Part shown: positions 46,161-55,629 of the stretch, piece after piece
How positions within the stretch are numbered: position 1 is the stretch's first letter
Layout: each line of letters opens with the position of its first letter
Assembly: GCA_002068915.1 (NCBI GenBank)
Contig: MWBE01000009.1
Location: 1 to 55,629, forward strand
From: Parcubacteria group bacterium ADurb.Bin326
GTDB lineage: Bacteria; Patescibacteriota; Patescibacteriia; 2-01-FULL-39-33
Direction of reading: 5' to 3'
Length of the DNA: 55,629 nt
Position numbers and translations under genes: made by a program
Notes under the pieces: model-generated
Seen by the model: the letters and a program-made list of their open reading frames with translations, nothing else
Told to the model about the DNA's origin: nothing
Database searches by the model: none

Positions 46161-48209
46161 TTACAGGGGCAACTTTTCTTTCTGTTCATGGACATAGCCG
46201 ATTTCCGCATCGCAGTGGGGACAATAGCGGTATTCCCCAGGTAAATAACCGTGCTTGGGACAAATCGAAAAAGTAGGACTAATAGTGTAATAGGGCAGAT
46301 GGAAATTTTCCGCAACCTTTCTAACCAAATTCTTGGTGCTGTTAATATCAGGCATTTTCTCTCCTAAGAAAATATGAACTACTGTTCCTCCGGTATACTT
46401 TATTTGCAAGCCATCCTGCTTCTCTAGCACTTCAAAAATGTCATTGGAATAATTGACCGGGAAATGAGAAGAATTAGTGTAGTAAGGAGCACAACAAGAT
46501 TGCTTGTAGGCCTCTTCATTAGCAACTATGATATCAGGATAAAGCTCTTTGTCCTTCTTGGCAAAACGATAAGTCGCTCCTTCGGCGGGAGTCGCCTCTA
46601 AATTATAAAGCTGATCATCCTCCTCTTGATATTTTGCCAAGCGCTGTAACATAAAGTCCATGACTTTCTCAGCAAACTCAATGCCTTCCTTAGAAACAAG
46701 AGGTTTATTGAAAAAATTAAGAGACGCCTCATTCATGCCGTTAATGCCAATGGTATTAAAATGATTTCTCCAATACTGACCAAACCTCTCTTTGATATCT
46801 TTTAAATAATATTTTGAATATGGATAAAGACCCAGCTCAGTAAACCTCTCCAAAATTTCTCTCTTAAGTTTCAGGCTCTGGCGAGACAACTCCATTACTT
46901 GCCCTAAACGACTAAAGAAGGCTTGCTCGTTACCCTTGGACAAATAGCCGATTCTTGACAGATTGACAGTAACCACACCAACTGATCCGGTTAAAGGATT
47001 GGCAGCGAAAATTCCGCCACCACGTTTGCGTAATTCGCGATTATCCAAACGCAGACGACAACACATCGAGCGGGCATCCTCGGCCTTCATATCGCTATTA
47101 ACAAAGTTGGCAAAATAAGGGATGCCGTACTTGGCCGTAATTTCCCAAATAGGATCGAGAACTTCGTTGTCCCAATTAAAGTCTTGGGAAATATTGTAAG
47201 TTGGAATAGGAAAGGTAAAAACTCGACCGCGCGCGTCTCCATCCATCATGACTTCGGCAAAGGCGCGATTAATCATGTCCATCTCGCGCTGAAACTCCTT
47301 GTAAGTCTCTTTCTGTGGTACTCCGCCGATCAAGACCGGTTCATTAGCCAAAGTAGAAGGACAGGTCAAGTCAAAAGTTAAATTGGTAAAAGGAGTTTGA
47401 AAGCCGACACGAGTCGGAACATTCATATTGAAAATAAATTCTTGCATGGCTTGCTTGACCTGACGATAATCAAGGCCGTCATAACGAATGAAAGGAGCTA
47501 AAAGAGTGTCAAAATTAGCAAAAGCCTGGGCTCCAGCCGCTTCACCTTGCAATGTATAAAAAAAGTTGACTATCTGGCCCAAGGCAACACGAAAACGCTT
47601 GGCTGGCTTGCTTTGTACTTTTCCGTCAACGCCCCCAAAGCCTATCCTGAGCAGAGCTTGCAAATCCCAACCACAACAGTAAACGGCTAAAATTTGCAAA
47701 TCATGAATATGAACAGTGCCATCATTGTGAGCATTCCTGATTTCCGGAGGATAAATTTTATTAAGCCAATAATGAGAACTAACCGCAGAGGCTACGTGAT
47801 TGTTTAATCCCTGTAGCGAATAAGCCATGTTCGCATTTTCTTTAACCTTCCAATCAAGCTTCTGCAGATAACCCTCGATAATATCATTGGAGTTCAACAA
47901 CTCCTTCATCTCGCGTAGCCTGGCATGCTGTTCACGATAAATAATATAAGCTTTGGCGGCGCGAACAAGATCCTCTTTAATAAGAACCTCTTCTACTAAA
48001 TCCTGAATCTCTTCTATGGCGGGAATTGACCTAGGATGAAATTTGGCATTAAGGACTTGAACTACCTTTTCCGAAACAGCCTCTGCCAACTCAATATCGT
48101 CTCGACCCACAGCAAAAAGCGCCTTATGTATGACGTTAACGATTTTCTTCTGGTCAAAATCTACTATATCTCCGTTACGCTTTCTTATTTGCTTGATTTG
48201 GGTCTCCAT
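46161..48209 (-). CDS. nrdD: anaerobic ribonucleoside-triphosphate reductase, large fragment lacking the glycyl-radical loop
   Basis: ATP-cone N-terminus, core CCRL active-site loop, C-terminal ICPKHGYLPGEYRYCPHC, then stop before the expected EVYSR(V/I)VGY segment. Confidence 0.9.
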   Translation of the reverse strand: METQIKQIRKRNGDIVDFDQKKIVNVIHKALFAVGRDDIELAEAVSEKVVQVLNAKFHPRSIPAIEEIQDLVEEVLIKEDLVRAAKAYIIYREQHARLREMKELLNSNDIIEGYLQKLDWKVKENANMAYSLQGLNNHVASAVSSHYWLNKIYPPEIRNAHNDGTVHIHDLQILAVYCCGWDLQALLRIGFGGVDGKVQSKPAKRFRVALGQIVNFFYTLQGEAAGAQAFANFDTLLAPFIRYDGLDYRQVKQAMQEFIFNMNVPTRVGFQTPFTNLTFDLTCPSTLANEPVLIGGVPQKETYKEFQREMDMINRAFAEVMMDGDARGRVFTFPIPTYNISQDFNWDNEVLDPIWEITAKYGIPYFANFVNSDMKAEDARSMCCRLRLDNRELRKRGGGIFAANPLTGSVGVVTVNLSRIGYLSKGNEQAFFSRLGQVMELSRQSLKLKREILERFTELGLYPYSKYYLKDIKERFGQYWRNHFNTIGINGMNEASLNFFNKPLVSKEGIEFAEKVMDFMLQRLAKYQEEDDQLYNLEATPAEGATYRFAKKDKELYPDIIVANEEAYKQSCCAPYYTNSSHFPVNYSNDIFEVLEKQDGLQIKYTGGTVVHIFLGEKMPDINSTKNLVRKVAENFHLPYYTISPTFSICPKHGYLPGEYRYCPHCDAEIGYVHEQKEKLPL

Positions 48210-48318
48210 AATTAAGGCTCCTTTATTATATTTTTGAGATTAAGAAAAGACCAGTGGAATCATTACTGATTAAAAAAGCCAAGTTCTTTGGCGCCTCCTG
48301 GTCTAAATTACTGTTATC

Positions 48319-48347
48319 ATTATAACCAGGTAAGACAAGCTAGTCAA
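48319..48347 (-). promoter_or_regulatory. nrdD promoter TTGACT-17-TATAAT
   Basis: Reverse strand: TTGACT (48342-48347), 17-nt spacer, TATAAT (48319-48324). A roughly 100-nt structured leader follows. Confidence 0.65.
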
Positions 48348-48488
48348 CGCTTGTTTTTACTGGCTTTTTTAACAATTTCTCTCTTATGTGGATAACAAAA
48401 AAAATAAGCTAATACAGGCAAGACATAAAAATCTTTTTCTGTCTATAAAAAGACCCGAGAAGAACTCGGGCCGCTTTTATCTCATCTC

Positions 48489-49793
48489 TTATTTCATTTT
48501 TTTTCTCAGAAAAGGAGGAATCTCCAGATCTTCTTCTTCCGCTTCCTCAATTTGCTGCTTTTTCCAAGATAACGGAGGAATTTTGGACTGCTCTTGTTCT
48601 TCTTCAGTATCTTCTTCATCGTCTATTGGAGAGAAAAACCTGCCCTTCTCCGGCGCTTTAGTCTCTATATCTGCTATAAAACTCCTAGATTTATTAGGAT
48701 TCTTTTCCGGCTGATAAGGATTTGGTGTCTTTCTTGCCGGAGCCGACTCTTCTTCCTCATCTTTAGCGTCTTGTTCCAAAAAGATCTTATTCAAACGATA
48801 CCCAAGATTGCTTTTTGATGACTCCTGCCTTCTTGCTTGTTCGTCTCCAAATCCCGTAGCAACCAAAGTAACCCTGACCTTATCCTTCATATTATCGTCT
48901 ACATTAGCACCAAAAATTATTTTAGCATCATCAGAAACGCCGGAGGTAATTACATCGGTTATTTCCTTGATCTCATTCATGGTTAAATCGTTGCCTCCGG
49001 AGATAACAAATAAAACTCCCTTAGCTCCATCAATTGACAAGTCTAAAAGAGGAGAAGAAATCGCCGCCTTAGCTGCCTGAACAGCGCGATTGTCTCCTGA
49101 AGCCTCGCCAATACTCATTAAAGCTGAGCCAGCATCTTTCATTACCGCCTTAACATCGGCAAAATCAACATTAATCAAAGCTGGAATTGTTATAATCTCT
49201 GATATGCCTTGTATTCCTTGACGTAAAACATCGTCAACCACCTTGAATGCGTCTAAAACGGAGGTTTTCTGATCGACTATCTGCCAGATTTTATCATTAG
49301 GAATGGTTATTATAGCATCAACGTTTTGCTTGAGTAGATCAAGTCCTTCCTCGGCAATTCCTGAACGCTTAGCCCCCTCAAATTGAAAGGGTTTAGTCAC
49401 TACGGCAACCACCAAAGCTCCAATGTCTTTAGCTATTTGAGCTACTACCGGAGAAGCCCCGGTTCCGGTTCCTCCACCCAAACCACAGGTAATAAAAACC
49501 ATGTCCGAACCCTTGAGTAGCTCTCGAACTTCATTGGCGTTTTCTTGAGCGGCAGCCAATCCCACTTCGGGATTCATTCCCGCGCCCAACCCCCTGGTTA
49601 TTTTCTGTCCAATATGGAGCTTGTTCTTTGATTCATTGTTATGCAAAGCCTGCAAATCAGTATTGATAGCTATAAAATCAACCCCCTTAATCTTAGCGGA
49701 AACCATTCGATTGACCGCGGAGCCACCTGATCCCCCAACTCCAATAACCTTAATCTTAGCAATAGTTTCGATTTCCGGTTTTATTTCTGGCAT
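48489..49793 (-). CDS. ftsZ: cell division protein FtsZ
   Basis: GVGGSGGSAVNRM...GGGTGTGASPVVA. Long acidic C-terminal tail. Confidence 0.97.
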   Translation of the reverse strand: MPEIKPEIETIAKIKVIGVGGSGGSAVNRMVSAKIKGVDFIAINTDLQALHNNESKNKLHIGQKITRGLGAGMNPEVGLAAAQENANEVRELLKGSDMVFITCGLGGGTGTGASPVVAQIAKDIGALVVAVVTKPFQFEGAKRSGIAEEGLDLLKQNVDAIITIPNDKIWQIVDQKTSVLDAFKVVDDVLRQGIQGISEIITIPALINVDFADVKAVMKDAGSALMSIGEASGDNRAVQAAKAAISSPLLDLSIDGAKGVLFVISGGNDLTMNEIKEITDVITSGVSDDAKIIFGANVDDNMKDKVRVTLVATGFGDEQARRQESSKSNLGYRLNKIFLEQDAKDEEEESAPARKTPNPYQPEKNPNKSRSFIADIETKAPEKGRFFSPIDDEEDTEEEQEQSKIPPLSWKKQQIEEAEEEDLEIPPFLRKKMK

Positions 49794-49814
49794 ATCTTGA
49801 ACTTAATTAAATAA

Positions 49815-50558
49815 TTAAAACTTAAAAGTATTAACAAAAATCAAATAAAAATTAATCATCTCTTGAGTCAATTGAGGCGCCATCATAGAGATTGAAAAAA
49901 TCTTTCCATCTTTCTGAAAATAAAGGACGTAAGCCGTCATATCGGCCGCTAACATTTTCTGCTGACGAACCAATGCTGGCATCTCCATAAAAGTAGCATC
50001 GCTTGAAGTAACTACTTCTATCGAAGGCTTGCCCTCCCAAGCTTTTGCTGAAATTTTGTCTTGCTCTTTAATCCATTCAGAAAGATCGCCTTCGTACTCT
50101 TCAAAATTAATCAGCAATTGAATTTCACTGGAAGTAGAAACACTGCTTAATCTGATTAAATCGTCATTTCTTTCGACTTGCAATTCCGCCGGGTACTTAA
50201 ATGAATATAGGGAATCTTTTTCGCTTGATGAAGCTAAGGTGAAATCAAACATTTTCCAAGAAGCTGTCGGGTCTTGCTGTTGAGTCTGCTCTGCTTGAGA
50301 AAAAATCCCCAAAGGAACCTGATAATTGTCACTCACAACGGCTTCCTCTTGGTCTTGATTGATGAAATTAAAATCCATCGAGGATAAAAACTTATCATAA
50401 ACCAAAAAGCTAACCAAAGCTATGATTATCAGAGATAATAAAATCGTTGTCAGAGAAGAATTCGATGATTTCCGGGGGGCGTTTTTAGGAAAGGGCTTGT
50501 TGACGACTTTAGACTCTAAAACAGTTTCTTGCTCCTGAGTTGTTTTTTTTCTAGGCAT
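49815..50558 (-). CDS. single-pass membrane protein between ftsA and ftsZ (247 aa)
   Basis: One TM (LTTILLSLIIIALVSFLVY). No recognisable domain. Confidence 0.5.
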   Translation of the reverse strand: MPRKKTTQEQETVLESKVVNKPFPKNAPRKSSNSSLTTILLSLIIIALVSFLVYDKFLSSMDFNFINQDQEEAVVSDNYQVPLGIFSQAEQTQQQDPTASWKMFDFTLASSSEKDSLYSFKYPAELQVERNDDLIRLSSVSTSSEIQLLINFEEYEGDLSEWIKEQDKISAKAWEGKPSIEVVTSSDATFMEMPALVRQQKMLAADMTAYVLYFQKDGKIFSISMMAPQLTQEMINFYLIFVNTFKF

Positions 50559-50563
50559 ACGGT

Positions 50564-51814
50564 TTATGGCAATAATGATTTAAAAATTTTCTTTATTTGT
50601 CCGACGGTCTTATCTACTACATCGAAATTTGATGGCAACCTAATTCCTCCGGAGCGAGTATTCATTTGCGACCCCCAAAGCACCAATCCTACGGCTGCGG
50701 TAAAAGCCGGGTCGCTAACCTTATCCAAAGAAGATACTAAATCATGAGGATAACCCAAAGAAACAGGAAGGCGTAAAGTCCGCTTGGCTAAATCAACTAT
50801 ACCATCAAGCTTGGCGCCACCACCCGTAAGAACAGCTCCGGCCGGAAGCATTCCTGAACGTCCAACCTTCTTGAGTTCCTTATCAACTTTTTCAAAAATT
50901 TCTTCAATTCTAGCTTCTACTATTTCCGCTACCTGTTTTTTAGAAAAACTTCCCTCTTCTAATCCGCCAATATCAGCAAATTTCATTTCATCTTGTTTTT
51001 TAAACTCTTTAGGTAAACAACTTCCTTCTCTAACCTTAATCTTTTCTGCGGTGTCCATAGAAATTCGCGACAAAAGAGCAATATCCTGGGTAACGTAATC
51101 AGACCCTAAAGGAATCACTGCCGTGTGCAACAATTCGCCTTCCTCAAAAACGGCAAGACTGGTTGTTTTGCCGCCCAAAGATATTACCACCACCCCTAAA
51201 TCCTTCTGTCTGTTAGTAAGAACACTCTCTGCTGTTGCCAGTATTGATAAAACTAAATCGTCTATATTCAGTCCAGTCCTATAAATGCAGTTGATAAGGT
51301 TTTTAATCTGAGATGATAGCCCCTGAATTATCTGAGTCTCCACCTCTAAACGTATTCCAGTCATGCCCACCGGATCTTTGATTCCCACTTGGGAATCCAC
51401 TACAAAACTTTTAGGAATTACATGAAGAATTTCATAGTTAGGCGGAGCGGCAACTGACTTGGCATTTTCTATTACTCTCTCAACATCGGCCTCACGTATC
51501 TCTCCGTTAACTTTGGAGACGGCAACCACGCCCCTGCTCTCAGAGGTGGTAATATGGCTGCCATTGACACCAACCCAAGCATTGGATATTGGCTGGCCGA
51601 TCATTCGCTCGGCACGCTCTAAAACAGAAGAGATGGCGGAAATAGCGTCTTCAGCGCTAACCACCAATCCTTTGGAAATTCCTTGCGAAGGACCTTCTAC
51701 GGCCCCTATAATGCGGATTTTAGAATCGTTTTTGGATCTTTCACCAACAACTACCCGAATCGCTGAGGAACCGATATCCAATCCGGTTATTATATTGTCT
51801 TTTAGCATGGGCAT
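50564..51814 (-). CDS. ftsA: cell division protein FtsA
   Basis: Actin-fold motifs GLDIGSSAIRVVV...VISLGGKTT...LTGGGA. Confidence 0.93.
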   Translation of the reverse strand: MPMLKDNIITGLDIGSSAIRVVVGERSKNDSKIRIIGAVEGPSQGISKGLVVSAEDAISAISSVLERAERMIGQPISNAWVGVNGSHITTSESRGVVAVSKVNGEIREADVERVIENAKSVAAPPNYEILHVIPKSFVVDSQVGIKDPVGMTGIRLEVETQIIQGLSSQIKNLINCIYRTGLNIDDLVLSILATAESVLTNRQKDLGVVVISLGGKTTSLAVFEEGELLHTAVIPLGSDYVTQDIALLSRISMDTAEKIKVREGSCLPKEFKKQDEMKFADIGGLEEGSFSKKQVAEIVEARIEEIFEKVDKELKKVGRSGMLPAGAVLTGGGAKLDGIVDLAKRTLRLPVSLGYPHDLVSSLDKVSDPAFTAAVGLVLWGSQMNTRSGGIRLPSNFDVVDKTVGQIKKIFKSLLP

Positions 51815-51927
51815 TTCTGTGCCAATTAGGATTTATTAACCCGGGGTTATTATAACAAAAAAATCTTTTTTAAACAAACATGGGTTGAACAAATTTTTTG
51901 TTCAGTGCACCATAAACTTGCGAAATT

Positions 51928-52401
51928 TTAAAAATCAAACCCAGCCTGCTTTAAAATCTTTTTTTCAAATTTGATCATCTTCAACTCTTCTTCTTTGCTG
52001 ACGTTTTCGTGATCATAGCCGCAAAGATGAGCCAGGCCGTGCGCCAAAAGCCTCGCCAACTCCTCTTCCCTGCTCCAACCGTAAAGCTTGGCTTGCTTGG
52101 AAGCAATCGAATTACAAATTATTATCTCGCCTAATTCTTGCCTTTTTTCGTTTTCCGTTTCGGGAATAAACTCATCTGATTCTAATTCTGAAAAAGAAAG
52201 AACGTCGGTAGGTTTATTTTTACCACGATAAGCGAGATTCCACTTCTTTATTTCAGAAGGAGAAACGACAGCCAAAGAAAATTTTTTGTTTTTAGAGGAC
52301 TTGGAAACCAAAGACAGGGCTTTAGCTATTTTTGCAACCACTTCCCTGTCAGAATCTTTACCGCAAAAATCAAACGATATATTAGCTTTATTTTTAATCA
52401 T
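51928..52401 (-). CDS. ybeY: rRNA maturation endoribonuclease YbeY
   Basis: HGLAHLCGYDH zinc motif. 157 aa. Confidence 0.92.
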   Translation of the reverse strand: MIKNKANISFDFCGKDSDREVVAKIAKALSLVSKSSKNKKFSLAVVSPSEIKKWNLAYRGKNKPTDVLSFSELESDEFIPETENEKRQELGEIIICNSIASKQAKLYGWSREEELARLLAHGLAHLCGYDHENVSKEEELKMIKFEKKILKQAGFDF

Positions 52402-52409
52402 TGTCTAAC

Positions 52410-53612
52410 TTATTTACAAACCATACTGGAAATTAGAGCGTCGCCGGAATAACAGTCCACCTCCTGACAAGAAAGACCGTCCAAACAATCCAGATCTGAA
52501 TCGCAAGTACTTAAATAGCAGACTCCCCTAGGCGGATTGGACTCGCAACTATTACCTCCATCCGGCTGTAGGCCACAAGGACTGGTGGCGCAAAAGAAAT
52601 TAGCGCAAGTTGAGGCAGTGTAAGGAGATTGCTGAGTTTGAGGCGAGGAAGTTGCCGGACTCACGGTAACCGCAGGATTAGCAATGGTTTCAAATTGCTT
52701 GATTAACATAGTAAAAATAGCGGGATAACGAAACTCCAGTTGCCTACCGATAACGTATTCAAAAACATAAAACTTAGACTTGTCTTTGTCTGTCAAATAA
52801 GCCGAAAGACCATCGGGAGAATAAACACCGGTCAAATCTCTGGAGTCGACTATTCGCAAATCGCTTACCGGCGTCTGGGGGTATTGTTGTAAATACCAAG
52901 ACATTGCCGGTATCTTATCGGCATTATCCTTAACAGTAATTGTTATTACCTCTCCGGTGTTGACGGTTAAAACTAATTGCTTGGAAGCCTTTGCGAGACT
53001 GGGACGCCAGTCCTTGGGATAAAGAAGCTTAAAATTATCAGAATCAAAATCAGTAGTCATTGAGATAATAAAGGGAGAGTCAGAGACTTTAACATTTCCG
53101 CCCTTATTGGGAGAATAGCCGTTAGCCACCTCTACTCCGTCCTTATAGCCATCGCCGTCAGTATCGGCGCTAGAGGGAGCCGTCCCAAAAATAACCTCTT
53201 CAATATCTGTAAGCTCATCATTGTCAGAGTCAAGACTGAATTTTATCTCCGTAGACTCTTCGGTTGAGGTAGTCATTTCTTCAGTAGAGGTGGCCGTGGA
53301 AGTCGCCACTTCTTCGGTGGAGGTGGCCGTGGAAGTCGCCATCAACATTTCTTCCTCTTGAATCTCGATTATTGGGGGACGCTGTTCTTCAGCTGGCTCC
53401 TGAGAAATTCGCGACCTCTGCCAACTGTCATAAGCGAAATAAACTCCTGTCAAAAGCATTACCGTTAGCAAAACCAAGGCGGAAATAATAATGCCACGAT
53501 TACTACCCGACGAGCCCTTCAGACGAAATTTATCAGGCATTACATAAACGTCGCTCGCAACTGCTGGTTGGATCGATTGCTTAGTGATCTCATTATTATT
53601 TGTTTCTTCCAT
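52410..53612 (-). CDS. membrane-anchored surface protein with TSP3-type Ca-binding repeats and a Cys-rich C-terminus
   Basis: TM (IIISALVLLTVMLLTGVYFAY), ATSTATSTEE(V/M) tandem (a 36-nt repeat at about 53280-53345), DSDNDELTD...DTDGDGYKDG, and a C-terminal Cys-rich region of about 70 aa. Confidence 0.6.
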   Translation of the reverse strand: MEETNNNEITKQSIQPAVASDVYVMPDKFRLKGSSGSNRGIIISALVLLTVMLLTGVYFAYDSWQRSRISQEPAEEQRPPIIEIQEEEMLMATSTATSTEEVATSTATSTEEMTTSTEESTEIKFSLDSDNDELTDIEEVIFGTAPSSADTDGDGYKDGVEVANGYSPNKGGNVKVSDSPFIISMTTDFDSDNFKLLYPKDWRPSLAKASKQLVLTVNTGEVITITVKDNADKIPAMSWYLQQYPQTPVSDLRIVDSRDLTGVYSPDGLSAYLTDKDKSKFYVFEYVIGRQLEFRYPAIFTMLIKQFETIANPAVTVSPATSSPQTQQSPYTASTCANFFCATSPCGLQPDGGNSCESNPPRGVCYLSTCDSDLDCLDGLSCQEVDCYSGDALISSMVCK

Positions 53613-53656
53613 ATTAATTCTTGATTTATACTATCAATTATAATTCTATGACACTA

Positions 53657-54457
53657 CTATTGTTGAGGTACATCAAACAAACGAGCGCCACCACTTTTAG
53701 CCGGATCATAGCCATTAATAACTTCCTCTCCGTCTTTGTAGCCATCACTATCTGAATCAGGGTCAAGCGGATCCGTCTTGTAAATTTTAATTTCCGCCCA
53801 ATCGGTAAGTCCATCAGAATCAGTATCGGCGCTGTTGGGGTTGGTTTTTAATTCAATTTCCTCCGCGTCAGTTAGTCCATCTCCATCACTATCTTTTTCT
53901 GAACTAACCACTGTTTGAGTTTGAGTGGAGGTGGTTGTCTCGGGAATGGCGGGAATTACTGTTTCGTTTGGCGTATTCTCTGCTTGATTATTTTGAGGCG
54001 GAGTATTGGTGGCGGGCGTGTTAGCGGAAGTTTCTTGGCTGACAACTTCTTCTGCCGGCTCCTGAGAAGCAAAATAATTGTAAGTAAAATAAGCAGCAAC
54101 TGCTACTAAAACAATCAACAACAGACCCGATAAAATCATGATTATTTTGCCGAAATTGATTCCTCTGCCCCCATAAATATCAGAATAACTCATTGCTGGA
54201 GGCATCTGCTGGTAGGATTGGCCCGGTTGACCGTACTGAGCATTAATGTTTCCAGAAGCAGGGATGTCGCGAGTAGTCGCAAACATGTCCTCCGGCTGGC
54301 TTGCATTGCCATAAGGAGTTTGTGCCGGACTACTAACCTGATTTAACCAAGGATTATTTGCCTCGGGATTGGGTGCGATGGGTGGCTGAGGTTGCGGTTG
54401 GGTTGGTGTAACGCCAGGTTGTCCAAAATTTTGGTTTGGTTGATTTTGTTCAAACAT
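53657..54457 (-). CDS. Pro/Gln-rich membrane protein with TSP3-type repeats
   Basis: PQ-rich N-terminus, one TM, DSDGDGLTD / DTDSDGLTD / DSDSDGYKDG repeats. Confidence 0.6.
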   Translation of the reverse strand: MFEQNQPNQNFGQPGVTPTQPQPQPPIAPNPEANNPWLNQVSSPAQTPYGNASQPEDMFATTRDIPASGNINAQYGQPGQSYQQMPPAMSYSDIYGGRGINFGKIIMILSGLLLIVLVAVAAYFTYNYFASQEPAEEVVSQETSANTPATNTPPQNNQAENTPNETVIPAIPETTTSTQTQTVVSSEKDSDGDGLTDAEEIELKTNPNSADTDSDGLTDWAEIKIYKTDPLDPDSDSDGYKDGEEVINGYDPAKSGGARLFDVPQQ

Positions 54458-54469
54458 AATATATTGGTT

Positions 54470-55629
54470 TTATTTTTGTGGCTTACAAACATAATTGCCA
54501 CTCTCTTGCTTGCAGGTTTTGCCATAACCGCATCCGGCATCAGCCCAACAATTACTACAATTTTCAATTGGATTACCTGAAACATCTACATCAATTATGC
54601 CATTACCGCAAGACTCCAAAGCAGAATCACAGGCTCCGGAATTGACTTGGCAAATACTAAACATTTCAGGGAAACTCTTGCAGAAATTAGACAATCCGGA
54701 ACTGTAGGCAAAAAAAGGATCAGTTCTAAGATTATTAACTTTATTCCAGTCGGGACGCCATAATGTCGAAGTGTTATTGGAGAATTCGCCTTTAGCCATT
54801 AACTGGTAATGTTTTCCGCCATCCCAAGAATAATAAGAATAAGCCGCTGATGTAGTCGCTGGACTACAGAACATATTCTTTGTTTCCTGATTCCAGCAGG
54901 TAGTAGAATCGTACGGTGATAAACAGCCGACAAATTTATTTATCGGATCAGTAGGTAATGTCATTGATATTGACTTGCCCAATTCGTCCTGCCAAGACGG
55001 CCAAACACTAAAGGTTTTTCCCGGTATGTAAGTACCTGCTTTAAGTGCCGGATAATAGTTACCGCAAGTACCTCCACCATAACAATCGGAATTAATCTTA
55101 CAAGACCTTGTAAAATCATTGCTACAACGAGAAGCACTATAAAATCTAAGCAGCTGGGAGGCAATGTTTTGCAAATCAGCTAGCCTCTTAGTGTCTCTAA
55201 CTAATTTGGCTTTATACGCAGCGCAATTAGACTTGCCACGCTTAAGACAATCAATGTCTGTTAAGCAATAATTGCCATCAGCATCAGATTCACCCTCGCA
55301 AAGACCTAAGGCGTCGGCGTATTCCAATCCTCCGCTAGCCATATCGCCAGAATTAAAGAACCAATTATTAACCATCTGCTTGAAAACATTTTGCAGAGCT
55401 TGGCTAGCTCCCTGACTGAAAGACATCAAATAAATATTAGAGAAAATTGATTGAGGGTTTGTTACGCTTGGTCCGGCTTCCGTTGTAGTTGACAAATCTC
55501 CACCGCCAACATACACCGTTCTACCCTCATTAACTGCTTCATAACCGTCAACAATCATCTTTTCTCCGGCAAATTGCAATCTAAACCTATCGGAATACCA
55601 CTTATCCGGGGCATAATGATTGTTGTTGG
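54470..55629 (-). CDS. Cys-rich secreted/pilus-associated-like protein, 5' partial (frame open to window edge)
   Basis: No stop between 55579 and 55629 in frame. Many Cys pairs. C-terminal CGNGIID...C..C resembles Cys-rich repeat modules. Confidence 0.55.
   Translation of the reverse strand, partial: NNNHYAPDKWYSDRFRLQFAGEKMIVDGYEAVNEGRTVYVGGGDLSTTTEAGPSVTNPQSIFSNIYLMSFSQGASQALQNVFKQMVNNWFFNSGDMASGGLEYADALGLCEGESDADGNYCLTDIDCLKRGKSNCAAYKAKLVRDTKRLADLQNIASQLLRFYSASRCSNDFTRSCKINSDCYGGGTCGNYYPALKAGTYIPGKTFSVWPSWQDELGKSISMTLPTDPINKFVGCLSPYDSTTCWNQETKNMFCSPATTSAAYSYYSWDGGKHYQLMAKGEFSNNTSTLWRPDWNKVNNLRTDPFFAYSSGLSNFCKSFPEMFSICQVNSGACDSALESCGNGIIDVDVSGNPIENCSNCWADAGCGYGKTCKQESGNYVCKPQK

Noticed and set aside
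11811-48395. DnaA boxes as evidence for oriC in the window
   Set aside because: The three perfect boxes are 12-23 kb apart, not clustered. No dnaA/dnaN genes or AT-rich unwinding element adjoin a box cluster.

Overview
AT-rich bacterial contig (about 42% G+C in a hand-counted secY line), transcribed almost entirely on the minus strand. Core content: str operon (rpsL-rpsG-fusA), tuf, the S10/spc ribosomal-protein cluster (rpsJ to rplO) with no L30 gene between rpsE and rplO, secY-adk-map, ruvX, recO, typA, hup, ftsA/ftsZ, ybeY, prfB with its programmed +1 frameshift, class III RNR nrdD/nrdG, comEC, ndk and rpmB. The missing L30, extended r-proteins and Cys-rich/TSP3-repeat surface proteins fit a Candidate Phyla Radiation (Patescibacteria) genome; this is an inference. 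The accessory region is about 3.25-9.6 kb, an island anchored at tRNA-Pro(CGG). It holds a frameshifted large serine recombinase whose stop codon lies inside the tRNA 3' end. It also holds two sets of long inverted repeats (about 212 bp x2 and 159 bp x2) that share a contiguous middle arm and a TCG junction core. Its cargo is an AbrB-PanA(DUF4065)-RelE-like module, a methyltransferase, an XRE regulator and several decayed ORFs. 75-bp tandem copies of the tRNA 5' third lie on the other side of the tRNA. Other notable items: (1) a roughly 430-nt GC-rich orphan plus-strand transcription unit between fusA and tuf, with a consensus promoter and terminator (candidate structured RNA of unknown family); (2) nrdD with its glycyl-radical domain encoded as a separate 56-aa ORF; (3) tandem divergent HPS/OMP-decarboxylase-like paralogues, one membrane-anchored; (4) two GC-rich orphan genes. 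No CRISPR array, rRNA gene or transposase was seen.
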